In this document: positions 24,332 to 31,825 of the stretch, piece after piece
Position numbering within the stretch: position 1 is the stretch's first letter
Layout: every line of letters starts with the position of its first letter
DNA from: a virus
Taxonomy: Duplodnaviria; Caudoviricetes
DNA length: 41,081 nucleotides
IMG/VR virus record: IMGVR_UViG_3300027733_000094
Location: 1-41,081 of that record
Reading direction: 5' to 3' (one strand)
Position numbers and translations under genes: made by a program
The notes under the pieces: generated by a model
Told to the model about the DNA's origin: nothing
Database searches by the model: none
The model's input: only the letters and a program-made list of their open reading frames with translations

Positions 24332-24457
24332 ATGGATGTACAGATTGCAAGTTGGAAAGAAGTTGTTGAACTCTACTACTCAGAGTTGATACAAGATTAC
24401 CCTGAAGGATTGTGGGTTGACTCAGGTGAAGTGGACTATGACTCCAAGGAGTCTTGA
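24332..24457 (+). CDS. Small acidic protein (41 aa)
   Basis: AGGAGG RBS; MDVQIASWKEVVELYY...; converges on the sigma gene with a 22-nt overlap. Confidence 0.55.
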   Translation: MDVQIASWKEVVELYYSELIQDYPEGLWVDSGEVDYDSKES

Positions 24458-25077
24458 GGTTCAGTGTCTTCATCTCGATAAGGTTTGAAGCCACCAATCT
24501 TATGGATTAGTTTCTTGATTGCCCGCTTGTTACGCATACGAGCAGTGTCTTCACTACCTAACTCCATCTCTTTGGCTATGTCATCAAAGTGCATAGCCTC
24601 AGCGTAACGCAGGAACAATAACTTCCTATCGTCTTTACTTAATTTCCAAAATGCAAAGTCAACTTCAATCATCATAGCCATTAGATTGCCACCCTCATTA
24701 GGTGCACTGGGGCGTCCAGGTCTACCAAGATTTAGTTGTGCTGTTAGGTTAAAGTCACCGCGTAATACAGATGGCAACAGTGCTTCGACCATATCGGATT
24801 CATAGTAAAACAAATCGCTAGTCTCATAGCCGCCTGACTTAGCCTTCCAACGCTGGCAATAATCTAATGCCTGATTGCGTAGGCTACGGTAGATAAGATT
24901 CTTTGCGTCCTTCTCACCGATTGCTTCCCACTCATTTAACTTATTAGGATGTTCAATGAACCACTGATACAAGGATTGTCTGATGTCATCAAAGTCTATC
25001 TCGAACTTGCGATGGTACTCAGTAGCAACAGAGTCAACCACATAATCCCAACGCTCAATGCGTTCCCACTCAATCAT
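24436..25077 (-). CDS. Phage sigma-70 family (ECF-like) sigma factor
   Basis: Region 2-like DDIRQSL...RNQALDYC and region 4 HTH LSKDDRKLLFLRY...DDIAKEM...RAIKKL. Confidence 0.8.
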   Translation of the reverse strand: MIEWERIERWDYVVDSVATEYHRKFEIDFDDIRQSLYQWFIEHPNKLNEWEAIGEKDAKNLIYRSLRNQALDYCQRWKAKSGGYETSDLFYYESDMVEALLPSVLRGDFNLTAQLNLGRPGRPSAPNEGGNLMAMMIEVDFAFWKLSKDDRKLLFLRYAEAMHFDDIAKEMELGSEDTARMRNKRAIKKLIHKIGGFKPYRDEDTEPQDSLES

Positions 25078-25460
25078 ATAATCTTAAACCCTTGGTCAAC
25101 GTGGATGAATCCAACCATCTTCATCTTGTTGTTCTTATTAGCAAACTCAGTGGTGGATGGTAGCCACTTCTCTGTCCACTCAATATCTTTGAGGTCGAGC
25201 AAAGCAAATGCCCAGATACCCTCAGGTGTGGAGTTAAGATACCAAGGTGACAGTCCTAACTTAGCGGACTCTTCAAGAAGAAAGTCATACTTCATCTTCT
25301 CAATCAGTAACTCAGGGTAGTGCGTGCGTCTGCACTTTAATTCTATAAATAGTTTTGCTTCTTCTGATGTGCAATCAAAGCCATCATATTCTTCGGGGGA
25401 GTGAATGAGGTCGGGGAACTTCTCTGCTTTAAGCCAGTCGAACAGTTCCTGTTCTTTCAT
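25074..25460 (-). CDS. PD-(D/E)XK-fold nuclease
   Basis: FDC...FIELKCR motif. Confidence 0.65.
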   Translation of the reverse strand: MKEQELFDWLKAEKFPDLIHSPEEYDGFDCTSEEAKLFIELKCRRTHYPELLIEKMKYDFLLEESAKLGLSPWYLNSTPEGIWAFALLDLKDIEWTEKWLPSTTEFANKNNKMKMVGFIHVDQGFKII

Positions 25461-25840
25461 TTATCCCATTTCCCTCGCAATACTAACAGTCCAATTATAC
25501 CATAGTTGGCTATATCCTTGAAGGAATCTTCGAGTGGTTCGTTCTCTGCGGTCACGTTACCCTGCTTGGAAAGGTTAACAATGCGGGCTATCTTGTCCCA
25601 CATACGCACGACTAGCCCATTGGTTGCACCGTAAGGTGAGTTGCTAATGTTCTTCGGTCCGTAGTCACGGTGCTTCTTGATGAGCAGGTCACCTAGTTCC
25701 TGCATTACATCCCTTACATCTAACTCGAACTCTGCCCAGTTAATATCGGAACGTGGATGGTCACCTGAAGCATCTCCCCCTGGACGTCGTAACTCTTCAC
25801 GTTCAATCCTAGACTTGCCAAGTGGGTTATAATCAGCCAT
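25457..25840 (-). CDS. Nucleotide-modification-associated domain (DUF1599/Nmad1-like) protein
   Basis: KKHRDYG, RMWDKIARI and EDSFKDIANYGII motifs; start uncertain. Confidence 0.75.
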   Translation of the reverse strand: MADYNPLGKSRIEREELRRPGGDASGDHPRSDINWAEFELDVRDVMQELGDLLIKKHRDYGPKNISNSPYGATNGLVVRMWDKIARIVNLSKQGNVTAENEPLEDSFKDIANYGIIGLLVLRGKWDK

Positions 25841-25846
25841 ATCTCT

Positions 25847-26221
25847 TCACGCTCCGCCTTCTTCATCTGTGTCCTTTGATAGTAACTTCTCAATGTTCTG
25901 TTCCAAGTTCTGCATAGCAGACTTGACAACCATATCTTCAACCAATTCATCAATCATATCGAAGCCCATCTCCGCTGCAAATAGCGTGACATAGGTGGAC
26001 TGAGCAATCAATTCAATCTGTTCTGGTTCATTAGAATGGTTGTACATAAATCTAAGCAATGACCCCAGCAATAACTTCATACCATTAGGCAGTATGTAGT
26101 AAGGGTCAAACTCCTCATCTTCATCCAGAGTGTGGTCAACTAAGTCAAATGAATTATCAAACTGTGTGTCACACTCGTGGCAATAAGATTCGGGTGGTTC
26201 ATTAGGGTCGAACTCGTTCAA
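25847..26221 (-). CDS. Acidic protein with CxxC...H Zn-finger-like motif
   Basis: 124 aa; CHECDTQFDNSFDLVDH. Confidence 0.7.
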   Translation of the reverse strand: MNEFDPNEPPESYCHECDTQFDNSFDLVDHTLDEDEEFDPYYILPNGMKLLLGSLLRFMYNHSNEPEQIELIAQSTYVTLFAAEMGFDMIDELVEDMVVKSAMQNLEQNIEKLLSKDTDEEGGA

Positions 26222-26839
26222 TTAAATATCCAGTTTTTCGTGGAAAAATCCAGCCCCCGCTTGCACGAACATTGAATTAACATCTTCCCCTTCGGGGAGT
26301 TGCACAATAGTAACTGGTAGTTCGCGGGCAAGACCCTTGGCGAACTCTGTGCCTGGTTGGTCACCATCTGCAAAGATGAATACTCTTTCAAAGTCTGCAA
26401 GCAATCGTGTGTAGTGTTTCTTCCAGGAGTTCGCTCCAGGTACACCAACACAAGGAATGCCAACGCAGTAACTGAGAGTAATAGTATCCAGTTCACCTTC
26501 ACACACCCCTATAAAATCTCCTGCTTGTTCAACGTCGAGCACGTTGTACATTCTGGTTTCTGCTCCAGTCATACCCATATACTTGGGTTCAACTGCGGGG
26601 TTAAGGCTTCTGAAACGTAAGTCTACTACACCTGTCTTAGTTATGTAAGGTATAGCAAGGCGTCCAGAGTACTGCTCGTGTCCAACTTCAGGTTCCGAGA
26701 CTACGCCTAATGACGCCAGACGTGCTATTTCCTGGCTGATTCCTCTGCTTTCTAGGTAATCGTATGCCAGATGAATACTTTCCGCGTACTTCTTGGTTGC
26801 TTTGCCCAGTAATTCCTTCTGCAAATGTCCGTGCTTCAT
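26222..26839 (-). CDS. DNA primase catalytic (TOPRIM) subunit
   Basis: YLESRGI, LAIPY, PKYM, CEGELD and FADGDQPG. Confidence 0.9.
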   Translation of the reverse strand: MKHGHLQKELLGKATKKYAESIHLAYDYLESRGISQEIARLASLGVVSEPEVGHEQYSGRLAIPYITKTGVVDLRFRSLNPAVEPKYMGMTGAETRMYNVLDVEQAGDFIGVCEGELDTITLSYCVGIPCVGVPGANSWKKHYTRLLADFERVFIFADGDQPGTEFAKGLARELPVTIVQLPEGEDVNSMFVQAGAGFFHEKLDI

Positions 26840-27065
26840 TTATATTTACTCTCTCCTGTTGCGCTATGAGTTGTAAACTGTTGCCTTGAATGCCACAGGC
26901 AAAGCATATAAAGATATTTTTATCAAGGTTGGCTGAACCTGATTGGTGCGTATCTGAATGGAACGGGCACTTAAGATTAACTTGCCCGTGTCCTTGTCGT
27001 ATGTTCGCACCATAGTGACGCAAGACATCTGCGATGTTTGGCAAGTCATTGTCAATCTTTATCAC
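26688..27065 (-). CDS. DNA primase CHC2 zinc-binding subunit
   Basis: CPFHSDTHQS...FICFACG. Confidence 0.9.
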   Translation of the reverse strand: MIKIDNDLPNIADVLRHYGANIRQGHGQVNLKCPFHSDTHQSGSANLDKNIFICFACGIQGNSLQLIAQQERVNINEARTFAEGITGQSNQEVRGKYSSGIRLPRKQRNQPGNSTSGVIRRSLGT

Positions 27066-27414
27066 CTGACTTCTCCTTCATCCATTGTTCTAAGTTCTGA
27101 ATAACCCAAGCGTTTTCTATGCCAGAGTTGCGGCGTTTAACTACAACATAATGCAGGGGTACTTCCGATATATCCCTAGCCTTAGCGTAGTTAACCGCCT
27201 CAACCTGTGCCTCTCGCCAAAACTCAGGAAGCGATAGGCTCTTCCTGTTTTTCAGTTCGAGTATGTATGTCCGTCCCGCGACCATACAAACCATATCACC
27301 TTCATCTTTTGCACCAGCCTTAGTAAGACGCTCAGCCATAGCACCCATCTTGCGTAACCATTTCATTACATCGGTTTCAAACTGGGAACCTTTACGTCCG
27401 TTAGGGTTAGCCAT
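27052..27414 (-). CDS. Holliday junction resolvase (Hjc-like PD-(D/E)XK)
   Basis: KGSQFE, EGD and ILELKN. Confidence 0.8.
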   Translation of the reverse strand: MANPNGRKGSQFETDVMKWLRKMGAMAERLTKAGAKDEGDMVCMVAGRTYILELKNRKSLSLPEFWREAQVEAVNYAKARDISEVPLHYVVVKRRNSGIENAWVIQNLEQWMKEKSGDKD

Positions 27415-27611
27415 TAAGTTGCGCTCTTATCCTTACGCAAGATACGTTGCGCCCAACCAAGACCAGCATTCACTCCATCTGTCCACTCATCTGTGACAGG
27501 GACTTTTGCATCTTCAATTTTTTGAAGCAACTTCTCTACCTCTTGCTTGATTTCAAATACGATAAGTGCACGCATATCTTGCATAGTATCGTCTTCTTCT
27601 TCTCTAATCAT
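27414..27611 (-). CDS. Hypothetical protein
   Basis: 65 aa packed between helicase and resolvase. Confidence 0.65.
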   Translation of the reverse strand: MIREEEDDTMQDMRALIVFEIKQEVEKLLQKIEDAKVPVTDEWTDGVNAGLGWAQRILRKDKSAT

Positions 27612-27613
27612 AT

Positions 27614-28396
27614 CTATCCATTCTCTGGTATGTCTTCAACGTACATATATTCAGGGTTAAATGATAGCCAACAAGTTAGGTTAGCGTTAGCATCGGCACG
27701 CCCATATCTATTCTTTACTGGAGCAATAGCCATAGAAGTACCAACGATACCAAGAGTGCAGATAAGAGCGGGGAGTTGAGCCACCTTCCCTTGTAGCGCA
27801 GAACGTGGTTGACAAGGGGTACCCAGTACACCTTCAGAAGTATGGTGGAGAACAATAATCCCAGCGTTAGTAGCACGAGCAAGATACTTTAACTCCTTCA
27901 TAATGGCACGCATAGAGGCGAACTCTTCGCCACCATCGGTTGCTATATCCATAAGGTTATCAACGAACACAGCCTCAGGTGGCACACCCCATAGTTCCTC
28001 AAAGGCTTCAACCTCTTCGAGAATATCCTGCAAGGTAGGTGAGGATTCAAATGACCAGACAATGTGGCTTGCCTTGTGAAGCACAGCCTTAGTCCAACCA
28101 GTATCTGTATTCATTAGGTGCTCAACATCAGTCTGATTCTTACCGCTAATCATTGACGCAAGACGCATAGCCATAGTATGTGCATTAGTATCTGCTGAAA
28201 TGTACAGAGTGGGAACGTGCATCCGAAGGGCTAAAGCCAGTGCTAGAGTGGACTTTCCGACCCCTGGTACACCTGCAAGCATAGAGACTTCTGCTCTACG
28301 AAAGATAATCTTATTAGCATCGAAGGTCTTGAAGCAACTAGGTAAAGGTTCTCCACCTATGTCGGCTCTGCCAACGCTTCTTACAAGGGTTCTCAT
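27614..28396 (-). CDS. DnaB/RecA-like SF4 helicase (ATPase domain only)
   Basis: GVPGVGKST, VFVDNL, VLHH and KNRYG. Confidence 0.88.
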   Translation of the reverse strand: MRTLVRSVGRADIGGEPLPSCFKTFDANKIIFRRAEVSMLAGVPGVGKSTLALALALRMHVPTLYISADTNAHTMAMRLASMISGKNQTDVEHLMNTDTGWTKAVLHKASHIVWSFESSPTLQDILEEVEAFEELWGVPPEAVFVDNLMDIATDGGEEFASMRAIMKELKYLARATNAGIIVLHHTSEGVLGTPCQPRSALQGKVAQLPALICTLGIVGTSMAIAPVKNRYGRADANANLTCWLSFNPEYMYVEDIPENG

Positions 28397-28971
28397 ATCT
28401 TCTTAATCCAGAACTGACCGTTGACCAGCACAGGTTCAATCTGTTTCTGATTAGCCCAGTAAAAGAAATTGATTGCTGGTTTAGGTGTATCAACTTCCTG
28501 TCCACTATCTGCGAACCAAGTGTAGTCATCAAACGCCATAATGCCACCAGACTTTAGATGTTCCCAGCCTAGCACTGCATCAGCAAGTACACCCGCTGCT
28601 GTGTGGTCCGCATCTACATAAATAAAATCAAACCACCAGTCACCGTCATCTTCATAGCCATTAAAGAAATGATTAGTAGCACACCTTACGGGATGAACGT
28701 TGTCATAATCTTTTACTTTATTAATATAGGTTTTATATACATCATCAAAGTCCATATCTTTATGGACATCTTCATTAGAGCCAGACCAAGTATCAACATC
28801 AATCAAAGTTGATGATGGGTCGGTTAAAATATTATCAAGCATCCAAACACTTGCGTCACCAGTAAATGCACCCAGTTGTAGGAATCTTAAGTCTGGTTTT
28901 CCTGCATAATCTTTTAATACAAATTCAAAGTTATCTTTGGCTGTTAGTTCAAACCAATTTGGATATTCCAC
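28393..28971 (-). CDS. Class I SAM-dependent methyltransferase (Methyltransf_24-like)
   Basis: LQLGAFTGDAS, FIYVDADH, LKSGGIMAFDDY; GACAGGAG plus GTG start. Confidence 0.85.
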   Translation of the reverse strand: MEYPNWFELTAKDNFEFVLKDYAGKPDLRFLQLGAFTGDASVWMLDNILTDPSSTLIDVDTWSGSNEDVHKDMDFDDVYKTYINKVKDYDNVHPVRCATNHFFNGYEDDGDWWFDFIYVDADHTAAGVLADAVLGWEHLKSGGIMAFDDYTWFADSGQEVDTPKPAINFFYWANQKQIEPVLVNGQFWIKKI

Positions 28972-28990
28972 TTGCGTCTCCTGTCTAATG

Positions 28991-29037
28991 TTATAAGTGG
29001 GGCAGTCACCTTCCCCGATTAACTACCCCACTTATAA
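28991..29037 (-). terminator. Long intergenic hairpin (terminator, stabiliser or RNase III site)
   Basis: TTATAAGTGGGGTAGTT...GACTGCCCCACTTATAA, ~17-bp stem; G-U pairs favour the minus strand. Confidence 0.6.
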
Positions 29038-29044
29038 TTCTTAT

Positions 29045-29473
29045 TTAGTTTACTGGCTTACATTGGTCGGGAGTTCCCTGAGGAGTCGGGCAAGCCCAGA
29101 AAGCGTAAGGCTTCCCAGTTGTCTTGCTCATTCCCTGTCGGAAGATTCTCGCGCCGTGTACGCACGTTGGTGTTGTTGGATGCGCCGATGCGCTCTGTTG
29201 GATGGGTGCTGGTGCCCCACCGAACGGATTGTCCGCCTGGGTTTGAGTTAAGAATCCAGGTTGAGTTGTGCTTATAGTGGAACTCTGCGTTGATAAAGGG
29301 AGCACGGTGTAAGCACCTGCTACCTTCTTAGATACTGCTGCAATCTGAGTTGAGTAATCGCCAATACCTTCTAGCAAGATACTCAGTTCATCTGCACTGC
29401 CTGCACGTACGTTAATCAAATCTCCATTAGGAGACTTCATAGAAACTTGTAGTTTCCAGTCTTCGTTTGTCAT
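29045..29473 (-). CDS. Hypothetical protein with C-terminal C-x-H...C...C Zn motif (142 aa)
   Basis: ATG at 29473 after AAGGA; PTCVHG...WACP...QCKP; coupled to the exonuclease gene. Confidence 0.7.
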   Translation of the reverse strand: MTNEDWKLQVSMKSPNGDLINVRAGSADELSILLEGIGDYSTQIAAVSKKVAGAYTVLPLSTQSSTISTTQPGFLTQTQADNPFGGAPAPIQQSASAHPTTPTCVHGARIFRQGMSKTTGKPYAFWACPTPQGTPDQCKPVN

Positions 29474-30084
29474 TTGTGTTCCTTCTTGGTGAATTGGCAG
29501 TGTTCTTTTAAGCCACAGAAACTGCACGATTGTAGGTTCGGTAGAAATATACCAGCCTTACGAGCCTTGTCAAAGCCATCCACGAAATATTCAAGGGTGT
29601 CTAAGGTATATCTACTTAGGTCAATCATCTCTCCTGTCCCCGATTCACGAGACATCCAGTAGTTTCCTAGATTGACTGGAACTCCAATCATCTGTTCGAC
29701 TCCTACTTTGTAGAAGCCTAACTGAAGGTCAGAGGTTGGTCGTGTGCGTGAGGTCTTAAGGTCGACAATCACAAGTTGTCCGTTAACCTCAAAAATTCTG
29801 TCAATGAACATCTTCACTGGCACGCCTGCAATGACTGGATTAAGTTCTAATTCGATTGCACGTGCACCTTGCGGTGTAGTCCAAATCTTCCAGTCAGGAT
29901 TGTTCTGTCTCCATTTGATGTAGTTGTCTACCCAAACAGAGCCATTGATATTCCACCAGTTAGCATCTTCCCTGTTAGGATTAGCCTTGGTAGATTTACC
30001 CGCCACTCTTGCAGTGGCAAGATTGAGTCCTTCAGTTTCCTTAGACCAGGCTTTCGCCCACAATTCATTCGTTGTCGTAATCAT
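29470..30084 (-). CDS. Cas4/RecB-like exonuclease, C-terminal catalytic part
   Basis: IELEL, FIDRI, IVDLKT, QLGFY, CSFC...C; ATG at 30084 has GGAG 4 nt upstream. Confidence 0.8.
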   Translation of the reverse strand: MITTTNELWAKAWSKETEGLNLATARVAGKSTKANPNREDANWWNINGSVWVDNYIKWRQNNPDWKIWTTPQGARAIELELNPVIAGVPVKMFIDRIFEVNGQLVIVDLKTSRTRPTSDLQLGFYKVGVEQMIGVPVNLGNYWMSRESGTGEMIDLSRYTLDTLEYFVDGFDKARKAGIFLPNLQSCSFCGLKEHCQFTKKEHK

Positions 30085-30253
30085 ACAACTCCGTTGCGTA
30101 GTGGAAAGCACGTCCTCCTGCTGACCAGATGGATGGTTCCTCAGGAACCTGGAGCAAACGTCCAAGATAGTACTGATAGCCGCAGGTAAGGTAAGTCGTG
30201 AAGGCGGAGTAAGAGATGTGTTCGGGTAGAACATACTCATTTAATTTAATCAT
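30065..30253 (-). CDS. Cas4/RecB-like exonuclease, N-terminal part (62 aa)
   Basis: HISYSAFTTYLTCGYQYYL...GRAFH, the typical PD-(D/E)XK_1 N-terminus. Confidence 0.8.
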   Translation of the reverse strand: MIKLNEYVLPEHISYSAFTTYLTCGYQYYLGRLLQVPEEPSIWSAGGRAFHYATELYDYDNE

Positions 30254-30395
30254 CGAGAAAATCTGATAGGTAATCTACTTCTTCACGTAGTTCTACTACT
30301 GATTCGTGCAGTTCGTTCAAGGCAAATGTTAATTGCCCTACTAGGAAAGCGATATCGTCGTGCTCTTCTTCGTGCTTCTTAAATGGATTCCACAT
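30246..30395 (-). CDS. Small acidic coiled-coil protein (49 aa)
   Basis: GACAGGAG RBS; MWNPFKKHEEEHDDIAF... Confidence 0.7.
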   Translation of the reverse strand: MWNPFKKHEEEHDDIAFLVGQLTFALNELHESVVELREEVDYLSDFLDD

Positions 30396-30556
30396 AGTTG
30401 CTCCTGTCGGTAGTTGAATAGATAGCCCTCCCTAAGAGGACAGGAGGTGACTCAATTAGGAAGAACTATCTAATATTCAGTTGATTATTATATATAATAT
30501 ATATTATATATAGGCGCCTAGCGCCTTATATAGTTTTTATTATTAATAATAATTTA

Positions 30557-30599
30557 AGTATACACATACCCTGACCTGATTGGAAGTCTTAGACACGCC
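30557..30599 (-). promoter_or_regulatory. Promoter of replication operon with upstream GACAC box
   Basis: Minus strand TTCCAA-17 nt-TATACT; GACACGCC at 30592..30599 on the plus strand. Confidence 0.55.
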
Positions 30600-30613
30600 G
30601 AGAAACGACAAAT

Positions 30614-30653
30614 AACCCCCCACCAGTAGGATAATACCTACCGATGAGGGGCT
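30614..30653 (-). terminator. Terminator hairpin ending the late/lysis operon
   Basis: AGCCCCTCATCGGTAGG-TATTAT-CCTACTGGTGGGGGGTT, 17 bp with G-U pairs, followed by ATTTGTCGTTT. Confidence 0.7.
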
Positions 30654-30700
30654 AAGTGTCTTAAACAGCCCCCTAGGGGCTTGAATAGGGTGGTTCTAGG

Positions 30701-30892
30701 CTACTTCTTGCGACCAAACTCAGGTGAGTTAGTGTCCAAAGCCTTCAGCACTGGTCCTACGAAGCCTGCTATGAATGCCATAGACAACTTCTTAGGGTCG
30801 TGCTCTCCTGCCATATACAGTGCGGTTACAGCAGTTGCTGCGGCACGGAAGTATGACAGTCCGATTTGCTTTAGTTTCTCTGTGTCGAACAT
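30701..30892 (-). CDS. Putative holin
   Basis: 63 aa with two hydrophobic segments and a basic C-terminus, directly after the lysin. Confidence 0.6.
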   Translation of the reverse strand: MFDTEKLKQIGLSYFRAAATAVTALYMAGEHDPKKLSMAFIAGFVGPVLKALDTNSPEFGRKK

Positions 30893-30901
30893 ATGTTCTC
30901 C

Positions 30902-31411
30902 TTATGACTTAAAGACTGGCTTCCCGAACCCTACTATATAAACAGGTAGGGACTTCTTCAAGGCTGGTCCATTCTTTGCTTTGTATGCACGCTTCTTCAG
31001 GCAGACTTGCCCTCCGTTGCGCTGGTCACCCTTCTTGTCAGGTGCTGTGTTGCCTTCGATGGTGATTACAGTTCCATCTCCGTTGTCTCGTACCACGATA
31101 CCAACGTGACTAATGCGGTCAATACCATCGTTAGGAAAGTCAAAGAAAACAATATCGCCAGGTAGCGGTGTTGCTTCATTTACTTTTTCCCAAGCATTCT
31201 TTTTAATGAACGCTTGTGCTCCCGCCAACGTGCCGACCACATTAGGAATCTTAAGTCCCACTTCATTTGCACACCACATCACGAACGAGCCACACCAAGG
31301 TAGGAAGTTAGCCTTAGTGAAAGCACCGTACTTAGTCTCGTTGTCCTTTGGTCCTTCGATAACACCGACTTCCTCACGGGCTACCTTAATAAAGTCGCTA
31401 CGCTGACCCAT
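30902..31411 (-). CDS. CHAP-domain endolysin
   Basis: PWCGSFV (Cys), PGDIVFF, SHVGIV (His), IEGN; ATG at 31411. Confidence 0.88.
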   Translation of the reverse strand: MGQRSDFIKVAREEVGVIEGPKDNETKYGAFTKANFLPWCGSFVMWCANEVGLKIPNVVGTLAGAQAFIKKNAWEKVNEATPLPGDIVFFDFPNDGIDRISHVGIVVRDNGDGTVITIEGNTAPDKKGDQRNGGQVCLKKRAYKAKNGPALKKSLPVYIVGFGKPVFKS

Positions 31412-31412
31412 A

Positions 31413-31655
31413 TTATTCTGCCTTTCTAGCGTCGACCTTTGCGAATGCAGCATTAATTTCTGCTGCATCTAACTTGCCATCGGCAAGGAAGAATCGTGCT
31501 AGTGCTTCAATCACAGTGGCTGCACCTAGTGCTCCAGCAAGCACTGCTGCCTGCCAGACTTCAATTCCTACTAAAGAACCTGCACCAATTACGCCTAGTG
31601 ATTCTGCTGCAATGACTGCGATAATACGCATCATTACATTTTTGAATGTATCCAT
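31413..31655 (-). CDS. Membrane protein (holin-like)
   Basis: 80 aa with two hydrophobic segments; GAGGA RBS. Confidence 0.65.
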   Translation of the reverse strand: MDTFKNVMMRIIAVIAAESLGVIGAGSLVGIEVWQAAVLAGALGAATVIEALARFFLADGKLDAAEINAAFAKVDARKAE

Positions 31656-31825
31656 TAATCGTCCTCTGAGTTTCTTAGTTTGTATGTCACTCCCCAGATG
31701 ATTGTTGATGCAGCAATTGCATAACCAACAACCGTCTTGGCAGAACCGTCAAGGACCACCCAGGCAATGAACATACCTAGTAGAGTCCATAGTTGATTTG
31801 CTATATCTGAAAAGAATTTCTTCAT
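31655..31825 (-). CDS. Two-TM membrane protein (56 aa)
   Basis: MKKFFSDIANQLWTLLGMFIAWVVLDGSAKTVVGYAIAASTIIWGV...; TAATG at both ends. Confidence 0.75.
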   Translation of the reverse strand: MKKFFSDIANQLWTLLGMFIAWVVLDGSAKTVVGYAIAASTIIWGVTYKLRNSEDD

